From positions 1 through 64,000 of the IMG/VR virus record IMGVR_UViG_3300032315_001657: a stretch of DNA of 64,000 bases. The stretch is one strand, 5' to 3'. This DNA is from a virus. Made by a program: the position numbers and the translations under genes. Positions within the stretch are counted from its first letter, which is position 1. Each line of letters starts with the position of its first letter. This document shows, one piece after another, positions 33,559 to 43,777 of this stretch. Under the pieces are notes generated by a model that searched no databases, had not been told where the DNA came from, and saw only the letters and a program-made list of their open reading frames with translations.

Positions 33559-33786
33559 TTAACTTTTACGTTTATTTTTACGTTTCTTTCTGCGCTTAAT
33601 TAAGCCCCCACGTGTAACAATACCACCGTATAAGCTCTTAGGCACTCGGGCATCCCCAGGTGCATAATTATCTCCGGAGAATTGAGTAGCCGTCGCCTGC
33701 ACACCTGGACCGAAAGCTGAACCTGCACCACCAGCCATATTCTCTTCTTTTAATACATTTAGGATTATATTTTTTAAATTTATCAT
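33559..33786 (-). CDS. small hypothetical protein
   Basis: YAPGDARVPK; basic tail. Confidence 0.55.
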   Translation of the reverse strand: MINLKNIILNVLKEENMAGGAGSAFGPGVQATATQFSGDNYAPGDARVPKSLYGGIVTRGGLIKRRKKRKNKRKS

Positions 33787-33929
33787 TTCACCTGCCCCCT
33801 TCTACATCTCACCATATAACCAGATGCATATGCAGATGGAAATACTTTATATTTTCTTTTAGCCTTGTAGTAACACCTATCTTTTTTTTCTAAGATTTGT
33901 TGTTTAAAAAATTCTTTAAATGTTTGCAT
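33783..33929 (-). CDS. small basic hypothetical protein (not in ORF track)
   Basis: MQTFKEFF...DRCYYKAKKKYKVFPSAYASGYMVRCR; TGA overlaps the next ATG. Confidence 0.6.
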   Translation of the reverse strand: MQTFKEFFKQQILEKKDRCYYKAKRKYKVFPSAYASGYMVRCRRGQVK

Positions 33930-33938
33930 TTGGAGTAT

Positions 33939-34196
33939 TTATTTCTTTTTAGACCATTTAATTCTTTTTGGTCCTTTTTTCTTTACTTTTGATCCAGTAC
34001 ATTGAGATAAAGTCGGTCGACAAGCCGGGTAGCCCTTAGAGGGGCCCTTAGTACCTTTTTCTCTACCACAAGGAACAAGTTTACCCGGCTTTGATTTTTT
34101 ACAGTTTATCCAGCCTTTGCCCTTATTTCTCTTGAACCATTTATGAAGAGACTCTTCGTTTAACAGCTCTGTTACTGTATTAATAAAGTCTAACAT
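33939..34196 (-). CDS. small basic Cys-containing hypothetical protein
   Basis: L.KWF, W.NC, PCGR, YPACRP; TAAATA upstream. Confidence 0.6.
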   Translation of the reverse strand: MLDFINTVTELLNEESLHKWFKRNKGKGWINCKKSKPGKLVPCGREKGTKGPSKGYPACRPTLSQCTGSKVKKKGPKRIKWSKKK

Positions 34197-34251
34197 ACTA
34201 TTATTTAAGTTGTTTACTCTTTAAAAGACTCTATTATATTAGGTAATAGTT

Positions 34252-34671
34252 ATGGAAGAACAGGAACAAACACCAATTTCATTAATTGCAAAATACAACG
34301 ACGAGATCAAAAAATATGTATCTGTTGATGAATTTAACATGAAACAGATACAAATGGATCTACCAGCTACTCGTCACTACTGGGTTGGTCGTCTTATGTT
34401 TCATAAACAAGAAATTTTAAAGTTAAAGAGACTCCGGAAAGAAGCTCAGAAAAAAATTGCTGACAGATTGGAGCATGAATCCCCTGTTGGCCTTAACCCT
34501 AAGACCTTAGAACAAGCTCAACAGCATCATCCGCTTGTAGGTAAGATCGACGGTCAAATTGCTGAACATGAACTTGTTGTTGAGTATCTAGGAAAGATTG
34601 AAGCTAACTTTAGATCTATCTCATTTGATATTAAGAATCTTATTGAGATAGTTAAGCTTGAGACAACATAA
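34252..34671 (+). CDS. uvsY: recombination mediator UvsY-like
   Basis: helical 139 aa, F.IKN.IE C-terminus, directly upstream of uvsW. Confidence 0.65.
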   Translation: MEEQEQTPISLIAKYNDEIKKYVSVDEFNMKQIQMDLPATRHYWVGRLMFHKQEILKLKRLRKEAQKKIADRLEHESPVGLNPKTLEQAQQHHPLVGKIDGQIAEHELVVEYLGKIEANFRSISFDIKNLIEIVKLETT

Positions 34672-36116
34672 TGGTACAAATAACTCTTGATTACGACTCC
34701 ACTCGAAAGAAAGGTATAATAGTCTCAGATTACTTACCGAATATTAGAGAGCATTTTTCAGTTGAAGACAAACAACAAGTCTTTAAGCGCCGTTATGCTA
34801 TAGGTTATAGACCTCAGACCAGACTTTACGCAATAACCCCTCAGGGTAGGTTTGAGACTCGTTTAGTTTTTTCTATTCTAGAATTTTTACAAAATCAGGA
34901 TATTAAATTTAATATTGAATTAACAGATAAGTTTAAAGAAGTAATTTTTATTCCTGAATTAAAAGAGAATTTAACAAAATTAAATCTTGACCTTAGAGAT
35001 TATCAAGAAGAGTCTGTTAGGTTAGCTTTAAAGAATAAATCAGGAGTTATTATTTTGCCTACCTCAGCAGGTAAAACTCTTGTTATTGCCACTTTAGTAA
35101 AATCTATCCAGGATCAACATGACTTCAAAGCTCTAATACTTGTCCCTGATATACAGCTTGTTGCACAAACATACTCTGACTTTATCGATTACGGAATACC
35201 GGAATCTGAAATTACTAAGTGGACTGGCTCTACAGAACCAGATAAGAATGCTAAGATAGTAATTTCAAATGCACAAATTTTACTCTCTGAAAAACAAGAC
35301 CTATCTTTACTAAAAGATATTAAATTGCTTGTTATTGATGAGGTACACAAACTAAAATATGGAAACAAAATTAACAAAGTTGTTGAGCAAATTCCTGCAC
35401 TTTTTCGCTACGGATTTACAGGAACTCTGCCAGACTATAAAATCGACCAATGGAACATTTTCGGGAAGATAGGTAGAGTTATATATTTTAAAGAATCGAT
35501 AGATTTGAGAGATCAAAATTATATCTCTCAAGTTCATGTAGCTGCTTTAAAATTGACCTATAAAAACACTCCTCAATTTACTACTCCCTCTATGCATAAT
35601 CCAACTGCGGGTTACGAGGAAGAGATAACTTGGTTACAAACTAACCCGTATAGAAACGCAATTATTATAAAATTAGTCAATAAGTCAGATAAAAATACTC
35701 TTATTATGGTAGATAGAATTGCTCATGGAGAAGAGTTATTAAGGGTATTACAGGAAAGTACTAAAAAACAAGTACACTTTGTTCATGGCGCTGTTGAAAT
35801 TGAAGAACGAGAAATGATTCGTAAGCTTATGGAAGAACACGATAATGTAGCTTGTATAGCTATCTCTAAGATATTCTCTACCGGTATTAATATTAAGAAC
35901 CTACATAATATTATTTTTGCTGCTATTGGCAAAGCTCGTATTAAAATTATTCAGTCTATTGGCAGAAGTTTGAGAAAACATTCTAGTAAAAAATTAGCTA
36001 CAATTTTTGATATTTGGGATAATCTTCGTTATGGTAATAAACATATGGTAGAAAGATTAGCTCTATACGATAGAGAACAAATACCTTATTCCGTTACTGA
36101 ATTAACGGAGAGTTGA
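34671..36116 (+). CDS. uvsW: SF2 DNA helicase UvsW
   Basis: RDYQ, PTSAGKT, IDEVH, GFTGT, FSTGINI, QSIGRSLR. Confidence 0.9.
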   Translation: MVQITLDYDSTRKKGIIVSDYLPNIREHFSVEDKQQVFKRRYAIGYRPQTRLYAITPQGRFETRLVFSILEFLQNQDIKFNIELTDKFKEVIFIPELKENLTKLNLDLRDYQEESVRLALKNKSGVIILPTSAGKTLVIATLVKSIQDQHDFKALILVPDIQLVAQTYSDFIDYGIPESEITKWTGSTEPDKNAKIVISNAQILLSEKQDLSLLKDIKLLVIDEVHKLKYGNKINKVVEQIPALFRYGFTGTLPDYKIDQWNIFGKIGRVIYFKESIDLRDQNYISQVHVAALKLTYKNTPQFTTPSMHNPTAGYEEEITWLQTNPYRNAIIIKLVNKSDKNTLIMVDRIAHGEELLRVLQESTKKQVHFVHGAVEIEEREMIRKLMEEHDNVACIAISKIFSTGINIKNLHNIIFAAIGKARIKIIQSIGRSLRKHSSKKLATIFDIWDNLRYGNKHMVERLALYDREQIPYSVTELTES

Positions 36117-36148
36117 TTTATTGTTAATTTATAATAGACTTACTTATT

Positions 36149-36718
36149 ATGCCGTTTCCTCGTAAAAGAAAAATAAAAGATGAAGAGTTTGTTAATGATC
36201 CAAACGAAGAGGATTTTACCTCTTTGTGGGATTCTGAACCAAAGAAAAAAAAGAAACGGGTAAGGAGAACTAAGGAAGAACTAAAACCTAATTACGTTGA
36301 CCCTATTGAGATGGAAAATTTTATTATTCAGTACTACGAACAGGGAGGTAAAGATATACCCTCTGAACTAGCTGACATGATTCAAAAAATTGCTACCCGT
36401 CTTGGTTATGCACAAAATTTTATTAACTATTCTTACAAAGAAGAAATGATTGGAGATGCTATCATAAAGATGATAACAGCAGTAACCCGTCAACGCTTTA
36501 AATGTAGGTCTGGCTATAACCCCTTTTCATATTTTACTAAAGTAGCTTATAGAGCTTTTCAGAATCGTATTAAAAAAGAAAAGAAAGAGCATGACACCAT
36601 TCATCGCTATCAAACAGAGGTATACACACTTTTGACTGAGTCAGGTCAAATACCATCTCAGAAAAATACTAAGTTTGATACAGACTATGATGACTCATAC
36701 CGTCAAGAAAACGCCTGA
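36149..36718 (+). CDS. late-transcription sigma factor (T4 gp55-like)
   Basis: KIA..L....NFINYSY.EEMIGDA, NPFSYFT...Y.AF..RIK.EK. Confidence 0.88.
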   Translation: MPFPRKRKIKDEEFVNDPNEEDFTSLWDSEPKKKKKRVRRTKEELKPNYVDPIEMENFIIQYYEQGGKDIPSELADMIQKIATRLGYAQNFINYSYKEEMIGDAIIKMITAVTRQRFKCRSGYNPFSYFTKVAYRAFQNRIKKEKKEHDTIHRYQTEVYTLLTESGQIPSQKNTKFDTDYDDSYRQENA

Positions 36719-37779
36719 TGCATTTTAGTTCAAACAAAGTAGCTTGTATTTCTGACATACATTTAGGGGTGCATCAGAATGCACATACCTGGCATGAAAT
36801 AGCTTTAGATTTTGCTCGATGGCTTGATCAAGAGTTAAAGCTTAGAGATATCAAGGATATTATTATAGCTGGTGACATCTTTCATAATCGTCATGAAATC
36901 GGAGTTAATACTATCCATTGTGCTCGCAAATTCTTTGATACACTCTCCAACTACAACATTGTAACTATAACCGGCAATCATGACTGCTATTACAAAGATA
37001 AGTCAGATATTAACTCAATATCTATTCTTAATGGGTATAAAAATGTCACTGTATATCAAGAGCTAGCTACCCAGACAATAAACAACAAAAAGTTTGTATT
37101 CTGCCCTTGGGGAGTAGATTTACAAGAAATTCCTTTATGTGATATTATTGTTGGTCATTTCGAGATTCTTAATTTTAAAATGAGTTCTCACAAAGTATGT
37201 GATCACGGGTTAGAGAGTGATTCATTACTAGAAAAATCTAAGCTTGTCATTACTGGGCACTTCCATTGCCGGGATCATAGAAAGTATTCAAATGGCAAAT
37301 CAATTATCTATCTTGGTTCACCTTATGAGTTAGATTTTGGTGATAGAGAGCAAACAAAAGGTTTTACTATTTTAGACACTGATGATCTATCTCTGGAGCT
37401 AATAGAAAACAACATAACACCTAAGCATAAAAAAATTAAGATATCTGATCTTCTTGATAATAAAATTAACTTAGAAAACGTTTCTGGTGAATTACAAAAT
37501 AACTTTGTCAGTCTTTGTATTGATAGGAACGTAAATGAGCAAGTTCTTAATTTAATGCTCTCAAAATTTAATCAATATAAGCCTAGACATGTTCGAACTG
37601 ATTTTAATATTTTTGAATCCGTACAGTTATCTGCTACTGAGCTTAATGAAGTATCCATAGATATTGATACAGCTTTGCATGAGTTTGTTAATCTTTTAGA
37701 TACACCCGTGCCTAAGAAGGATATTCTCGATAAATGTATAGATCTTTATAGAATATCCCAAACCGTAAATGAGCACTAA
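36718..37779 (+). CDS. recombination nuclease (gp47/SbcD/Mre11-like)
   Basis: SDIHLG, GDIFH, GNHD, GHFE, GHFH, YLGSPY. Confidence 0.9.
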   Translation: MHFSSNKVACISDIHLGVHQNAHTWHEIALDFARWLDQELKLRDIKDIIIAGDIFHNRHEIGVNTIHCARKFFDTLSNYNIVTITGNHDCYYKDKSDINSISILNGYKNVTVYQELATQTINNKKFVFCPWGVDLQEIPLCDIIVGHFEILNFKMSSHKVCDHGLESDSLLEKSKLVITGHFHCRDHRKYSNGKSIIYLGSPYELDFGDREQTKGFTILDTDDLSLELIENNITPKHKKIKISDLLDNKINLENVSGELQNNFVSLCIDRNVNEQVLNLMLSKFNQYKPRHVRTDFNIFESVQLSATELNEVSIDIDTALHEFVNLLDTPVPKKDILDKCIDLYRISQTVNEH

Positions 37780-38614
37780 AATTGGAGTAGGAATTATAAC
37801 TTGTGATAGACCTGATTACCTTAAAGGTCTTCTTAATTCTTTAGACGGGGTAAATATCGATTGTCTTTACATCATTAATGATGGTAAACCTTTAAAAGAG
37901 CACAATCTTAATATTGAGCTAAATGAGAGACTTTGTTTATATGAACAAATACCTCAAAGACAAGGGGTTGCGAAAGCTAAAAACCAGGCAATGAAGTATC
38001 TTCTTAACAAAAATTGTGATTATATTTTTGTAATAGAAGAAGATATGCTAATCTTAGATAAAGAAGTATTTAACAAGTATATCGAGGCGCATAAACTATC
38101 AGGCATTCATCACTTTAACTACGGGCCCGGATCACCTTTTAATCGTAAACAAAATATTCAATTTGATCTTTATAATAGACATTTACTCAAACAAGATACG
38201 GAAGTTAATCCAAAGCTCATTATTGAATATTCTAAAGATATTAAAGTAGCTCTATATGAACATACTGTTGCTATGTTTTCTTTTTTTACTAAAGAAATTT
38301 TAGAAAAAGTGGGGTTAATTGACGAGCAGTTTTATAATGCCTGGGAGCATGTAGACCATACATATAGGATCATAAAAGCAGGTTACCATCCACCTTTTTG
38401 GTGGTTTGCAGATCTCGCTGATAGTCATAAACTCTTAACAGAAGCACCTGGAGCTATTGATAATTCTTCTATCGCGAATAAATCTGATGAATGGGCTAAA
38501 AATGTTTATGGGGGTAGAGAAATATACCTTAAGAAGCACGGACATTATCCCAATCAACCTCCTTTTGTTTCTAAAGAAGAGGTTATAAAAATTATTAAAA
38601 AATTAAAGTCATGA
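37769..38614 (+). CDS. glycosyltransferase family 2
   Basis: GIITCDR, INDG, GVA.AKN, EED, G.IDE.F..AWEH. Confidence 0.8.
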   Translation: MSTKIGVGIITCDRPDYLKGLLNSLDGVNIDCLYIINDGKPLKEHNLNIELNERLCLYEQIPQRQGVAKAKNQAMKYLLNKNCDYIFVIEEDMLILDKEVFNKYIEAHKLSGIHHFNYGPGSPFNRKQNIQFDLYNRHLLKQDTEVNPKLIIEYSKDIKVALYEHTVAMFSFFTKEILEKVGLIDEQFYNAWEHVDHTYRIIKAGYHPPFWWFADLADSHKLLTEAPGAIDNSSIANKSDEWAKNVYGGREIYLKKHGHYPNQPPFVSKEEVIKIIKKLKS

Positions 38615-39198
38615 TATTATCAGAAAATGAATTAGATAGTCAAAATTTAGATGAATTTACAGAACTTTTAAAAGAGTATATAAAGTTAAAACCTTATTGT
38701 TTTATAGAGATTGGTTCTATGTATGGCTGGTCTTTACAACATTTTATACATTACAGTGAAGAAGGTTCAACGGGTATTGCAATTGATTTACCAGTCCGAC
38801 ACTTTGTAGGCTCTAATGATTGGAGAGTAGAAAAACAAGAATTAAATTATAAAAATGTTTGGCCTAAATGGGCTAAAGAAAAAAAATGTAAATTGTACTT
38901 ATTACCTTGTTGTTCTTATAAACCTGAAACGTTATTAAAGGTAAAAGAAATTATAAAAGACAAAAAAATAGATTTTCTTTTTATTGATGGAGATCATCGC
39001 TATGAGGCAATTAAAAATGATTATAATTTATATTCACCGCTTGTTAGAGATGGCGGAGTGATTGCTTTTCATGATATCGGAGAAAATGAAGAGGGTGGCG
39101 GTCGCATGTTTTGGGATGAAATAAAAAATAACTTCAAACATAAAGAAATTTTAAAGGATTCAAATAAAGGTAAAGGAATAGGTATTTTGTATGTCTAA
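38611..39198 (+). CDS. class I SAM methyltransferase (Methyltransf_24)
   Basis: EIGS..G.S, LFIDGDH.Y, GG.IAFHD. Confidence 0.85.
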   Translation: MILSENELDSQNLDEFTELLKEYIKLKPYCFIEIGSMYGWSLQHFIHYSEEGSTGIAIDLPVRHFVGSNDWRVEKQELNYKNVWPKWAKEKKCKLYLLPCCSYKPETLLKVKEIIKDKKIDFLFIDGDHRYEAIKNDYNLYSPLVRDGGVIAFHDIGENEEGGGRMFWDEIKNNFKHKEILKDSNKGKGIGILYV

Positions 39199-40015
39199 AA
39201 TTGCAGTCGGAACAAACCTATTTGGTTATGGTAGTCGCCAAGAATTTGGTATTCAAAGCCTCCTAAAATGTAAGGAAAAAATGCCTGATCAAATTGATCT
39301 GTTTAATTTACAATTTAAAAACGAAAAAGATATTCGGGAACAGGAAGGATTTATAACTCTAAAATGTCTAGAAAAAACTAGTAAAGATGTTTGTAACGGT
39401 GATAGAGGTTTACCGATTGTACGTGAGATGTTTGATTGTCTTGCAGATCTAAATTACGATTATTTTTGTTTTATTAATTCTGATATAATAGTCTCTTTAA
39501 ACTTTTTTAAAGAATTAGAAAATAATAAGAGTTATGATGCTTATATCGGTTCTCGATTAGCTATTGAGAAGGAAAACGTAAAAGACCTCAATTTTGAAAT
39601 AAGACTCAACGACCCAACTTCCCCTGTTAAAAACAGTCATTATCAAGTTTCAGGATTTGATACATTTACAATTAATACGAAGTGGTGGAAAGAAAATCGT
39701 AATTTATTTCCAGAATACGTATACGCAGTAGTGTATTGGGATACCCACTACGCCACTTTATTGCTAAAAAACGGTAATACGTTTATGCAAAATAAAAAAC
39801 CAACTTTATTTCATATTATTCATGAAGATGCATCTTCTGCTCAATGCATCGAATTTACTTACAATCAAAGCACATTTTATAATAATTACAGAGAAGATTT
39901 TGATAGATGGCATTATTATTTTTTTAATGTACTCGTAAAACGAGGAGTAGAACAAAATTATTTGCATCCTTTTAAAAATGAGTTAGAATTAGAAAAACAA
40001 TACTTTAAAACATGA
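39191..40015 (+). CDS. putative glycosyltransferase-like protein
   Basis: FINSDI (DxD-like), GFD.F, WD; island context. Confidence 0.5.
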   Translation: MSKIAVGTNLFGYGSRQEFGIQSLLKCKEKMPDQIDLFNLQFKNEKDIREQEGFITLKCLEKTSKDVCNGDRGLPIVREMFDCLADLNYDYFCFINSDIIVSLNFFKELENNKSYDAYIGSRLAIEKENVKDLNFEIRLNDPTSPVKNSHYQVSGFDTFTINTKWWKENRNLFPEYVYAVVYWDTHYATLLLKNGNTFMQNKKPTLFHIIHEDASSAQCIEFTYNQSTFYNNYREDFDRWHYYFFNVLVKRGVEQNYLHPFKNELELEKQYFKT

Positions 40016-40881
40016 TCGTACAAATTACAATGACAAGAAATGAATGCTTTTTGCTTAAAGAACTCTTACCTCTTTGGCAAAAATATGCTGACGGCTTTAT
40101 ATTTTACAACCATTTTTCTGACGACGGTACTGCTGAGTTTTTAGAGGCTAATAAAGAAAAATATAATATATTAAAAGTAATTACCCCCGATCCTAATGAA
40201 ACAGACCCGTCAAATCCTTACGCTATTATGGAAACATCTATGCGTCAACAATTATTTGATGAGGCCTTAAAATATACAAATAATATTATCTGTTTAGACA
40301 GTGATGAATACTTCGACGGAAAAATGACGAAACAGGATTTAGTATTAACTCTTGAAAAATACCCAAATACTATTTTTTACAGCTTATGGGCACAGTATGC
40401 AAGTAAAAACACATTAAGAGTAGATGGTGATTGGTCAAGATCTTTCAACGACCGTATTGGTAACTATCAACAGCGTTTTGAAATACCAATAAGATCTCGA
40501 CATTCCCTACATATGCCCCCTGCCTTAAATGTTGCTCGAATTAATCCAGAAGATCTTTTTATAGCACATTTACAATGGATAGATAAAAGATGGGTAGGGG
40601 TTAAACAGTATTTTTGGAAGGTTACAGATTATGTGATGCATAAAAACTGTGGTTTTACAGATATTGTAGGTAAAGAAGCGTATGATAACTCTATTAATAA
40701 TTTTACCTGGTCTTATGCCCCTGCTTCAATAGAACTTAAAGTTCCAGAAGATATTTACAAAATTCAAGACATTAAAAATAATTACAAATTAAAAGAAATT
40801 GTTAAATTTACAAAACAATATAATATACCTAATCTCGGGGATTGGGGAATGGGTATTTATGAATACTGTTTAAAACATTGA
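40012..40881 (+). CDS. GT-A fold glycosyltransferase
   Basis: RNE, S.DGT, LDSDE. Confidence 0.65.
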   Translation: MIVQITMTRNECFLLKELLPLWQKYADGFIFYNHFSDDGTAEFLEANKEKYNILKVITPDPNETDPSNPYAIMETSMRQQLFDEALKYTNNIICLDSDEYFDGKMTKQDLVLTLEKYPNTIFYSLWAQYASKNTLRVDGDWSRSFNDRIGNYQQRFEIPIRSRHSLHMPPALNVARINPEDLFIAHLQWIDKRWVGVKQYFWKVTDYVMHKNCGFTDIVGKEAYDNSINNFTWSYAPASIELKVPEDIYKIQDIKNNYKLKEIVKFTKQYNIPNLGDWGMGIYEYCLKH

Positions 40882-40914
40882 CTTACTTTATTTTTAGTAT
40901 AGAATATACATTAT

Positions 40915-42243
40915 ATGGTGACAAAAGAAGAAATATTAAAACTTGTAGGCAGTTTTATAAGTGAAAAAAATGCAAATAAAAAATGGGAAGCAGGCAAAGA
41001 CTGGGTTCAATATGCAGGTCCCTGTTTTGACGAACAGGAATATATTGCTTCAATAGAAACTCTACTAGATGGGTGGTTAGTTCTAGGTAAAAAGGGTATT
41101 AGTTTTGAAAATATTTTTCCAAAACACCTTAATAAAGATTATGGTATACTTACAAATAGTGGTAGTAGCTCTAATTTAATTATGATGTCTGCTTTAACAT
41201 CAAAGAGACTATACAACTTACAAAAAGGCACCAAGGTTATTACACCTATTGCAGGTTTTCCAACTACAATTAACCCTATTTTTCAATTAGGGTTTGAACC
41301 ACTATTTGTTGATATAGATCTTGACACACTTAATCTAAATTTAGAACAGGTCGAATTACGTGCAAAAGAAGGAGCAAAGGTTATTACATTTGCTCATGTA
41401 CTCGGTAATCCTCCTAATATGGATGAATTAATGTGTATTATTGAAAAATATAATCTTATTTTACTTGAAGATTGTTGTGACGCGCTTGGATCTACATATG
41501 ACGGAAAACCGCTTGGCTCGTTCGGAGAATTTGCTAGCTGTTCCTTCTATCCAGCTCATCATATTACAATGGGAGAGGGTGGGTTTGTTGCCTGTAAGAC
41601 CCACCAGCAAGAGATTATTGCACGTAGCTTTAGAGAATGGGGCCGCGGTTGTTATTGTATTGGAATGAAAGCTGGTCTACTTAAAAATGGTACTTGTGGA
41701 AATAGATTTGATAACTGGCTACCTTCATTACCAGATGAAATTTTTGATCACAAGTACGTATATGATGAAATAGGTTATAACCTGAAGCCTATTGAAGTGC
41801 AGGCAGCAATGGGACTTGAGCAAATTAAAAAACTCCCTTATATTAATGAAAGACGTAATCACAATCATAAACGCTTGTGTGAAATATTTAGCAAATATGA
41901 AGAGTGCTTTATTATACCTAAAGCAACTGAAAAGAGTGACCCGAGTTGGTTTGCTTTTGCTGTAACTATTAAAGACGGTACTAATTTTAAGAGACGGGAT
42001 ATTATTAATCATTTTGAAAGTAATAAAATTCAAACCCGTCCATACTTTGCTGGTAATATTATGCTGCAACCAGCATATGAGGGTTTAATGAATCAACAAG
42101 ACGTTATTAAAAATTACCCTAATGCAAGAAAAGTAACTACTGATACCTTTTTTCTTGGAACAAGTCCGGTTATAACCGATGAGCAATTAGATTATATAGA
42201 AATAATATTAAAAGATTTCTTTAAAGAAAACTCCCTATTATAA
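40915..42243 (+). CDS. rfbH: CDP-4-keto-6-deoxyglucose 3-dehydratase (RfbH/DdhC, DegT family)
   Basis: NSGSSSN, EDCCDALG, SFYPAHHITMGEGG (His at the Schiff-base Lys site), WGR.C.C, YDEIGYNLK. Confidence 0.85.
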   Translation: MVTKEEILKLVGSFISEKNANKKWEAGKDWVQYAGPCFDEQEYIASIETLLDGWLVLGKKGISFENIFPKHLNKDYGILTNSGSSSNLIMMSALTSKRLYNLQKGTKVITPIAGFPTTINPIFQLGFEPLFVDIDLDTLNLNLEQVELRAKEGAKVITFAHVLGNPPNMDELMCIIEKYNLILLEDCCDALGSTYDGKPLGSFGEFASCSFYPAHHITMGEGGFVACKTHQQEIIARSFREWGRGCYCIGMKAGLLKNGTCGNRFDNWLPSLPDEIFDHKYVYDEIGYNLKPIEVQAAMGLEQIKKLPYINERRNHNHKRLCEIFSKYEECFIIPKATEKSDPSWFAFAVTIKDGTNFKRRDIINHFESNKIQTRPYFAGNIMLQPAYEGLMNQQDVIKNYPNARKVTTDTFFLGTSPVITDEQLDYIEIILKDFFKENSLL

Positions 42244-42250
42244 TACCTAT

Positions 42251-42916
42251 ATGAGTAAACTAGATTTAACTAATACAACCCTGTGGTGTTTAAATGGTAT
42301 TAATCCTGAGCTCGGTGTACAGGCATTACGATATAGTATGAAAAGTTTACAATTTAAAAAAGCTTTACTATTCTCCCATATCAAACCAAACAATCTAACA
42401 CCAGATATTGAATTTATTAAAATTGATAAGATTGATCATACAATGTCAAGCTATTTTTCTATGAAGGGAATTTACCCGTATATCGATACAGATTATAGCT
42501 TATCAATTCATGATGATGGTTTTGTTATTAACCCACATCTATGGAACCCGGAATGGTTAAAATATGATTATATAGGGGCACCTTGGGCTGTGGGTCATGT
42601 ACACAGAGTAGGCAATGGAGGGTTTTGTTTAAAGAGTAAAAAGTTTATAGATGTATGTCAAACAGTTCCCTGGAATGGCGAACATGATGATACGCATACC
42701 TGTATGACGTATCATGACTATTTTGTTGAACAAGGGTGTAGATTTGCACCGGTGGAAGTAGCAATGAAATTTTCTCTCGAATCTAAGATACCTGAATGTG
42801 ATTATAATTTAGATAATTGTTTCGGTTTTCATGGTCGAGGGGAGGTCTACCCTACTAATCAAGATGGAGGTCAACAATTTAAAGATAAAATAAAATTGCT
42901 TGACAATATACCTTGA
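42251..42916 (+). CDS. DUF5672-like glycan-island protein
   Basis: DG, YDYIGAPW, VGNGGFCL.S, FGFHG. Confidence 0.7.
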   Translation: MSKLDLTNTTLWCLNGINPELGVQALRYSMKSLQFKKALLFSHIKPNNLTPDIEFIKIDKIDHTMSSYFSMKGIYPYIDTDYSLSIHDDGFVINPHLWNPEWLKYDYIGAPWAVGHVHRVGNGGFCLKSKKFIDVCQTVPWNGEHDDTHTCMTYHDYFVEQGCRFAPVEVAMKFSLESKIPECDYNLDNCFGFHGRGEVYPTNQDGGQQFKDKIKLLDNIP

Positions 42917-42946
42917 TTTACCTTATTTTAAGCTATAATATAATAT

Positions 42947-43777
42947 ATGAACTCTCATGATAAGCTAAGTATTCTTAAGTCTCTTTTAAATATAGAATTA
43001 AAGCACGAACCGTTCACTTACGGTGTTATTGATAACTTTTTGCCACACGATCTTGCTAAAAACTTAGCTAAAGAATTTCCGGATTTTAATGACGAAGTTT
43101 GGTTTAACTACAAAAATCAGATTGAAGATAAAAAACTTTTAAGTGATTGGAGAAAATTTCCTAAAGAAACATATCAAATATTTAGTTTTTTAAACTCAAA
43201 CCTTATACTCGAAACTCTTTCAACAATTATAGGTACAAAATTACAAGAAGATCATGGACTACATGGGGGCGGGTGGCACATTCATGCAAATGGTGGGAAG
43301 CTAAACCCTCACTTAGATTATTCGTTACACCCATCACTTAAACTTCAGCGTAAGCTTAACTTGATTGTGTACCTTTGTGAAGACTGGAAGGAAGAATATG
43401 GTGGCCATTTCGGTCTCTGGAATTGTGACCCTGAAACTAAAAGAGCAGGTAAGCTACACACAGAACTACCAGTAGCATTTAATAGAGCTGTTATTTTTGA
43501 TACTACTCAGGGTTCCTGGCACGGCTTGAGTCGTGAAGTTAGTTGCCCTAATGACAAATACAGAAAAAGTCTTGCTGTATATTATTTGTGTGAGCCCCCT
43601 GTCAATGCTGACAGTAGAAGCAGAGCTTTGTTTGCTGCAACAGAAGAACAGCAAGACAATAAAGAAATCAAAGAGTTAATTCAAAAACGCTCAGTTGAAT
43701 CATCAGCAAAAAATGTCTACGTCCAAAAATACAACAATCCCACGTCTACAGATAAACCTGTTTACGTGCAACCCTAA
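42947..43777 (+). CDS. 2OG-Fe(II) oxygenase
   Basis: IDNFL, GGG.H, HLD, R.LNLI.YL, FNR.VIF, S.HG, RKS.A.YY. Confidence 0.85.
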   Translation: MNSHDKLSILKSLLNIELKHEPFTYGVIDNFLPHDLAKNLAKEFPDFNDEVWFNYKNQIEDKKLLSDWRKFPKETYQIFSFLNSNLILETLSTIIGTKLQEDHGLHGGGWHIHANGGKLNPHLDYSLHPSLKLQRKLNLIVYLCEDWKEEYGGHFGLWNCDPETKRAGKLHTELPVAFNRAVIFDTTQGSWHGLSREVSCPNDKYRKSLAVYYLCEPPVNADSRSRALFAATEEQQDNKEIKELIQKRSVESSAKNVYVQKYNNPTSTDKPVYVQP

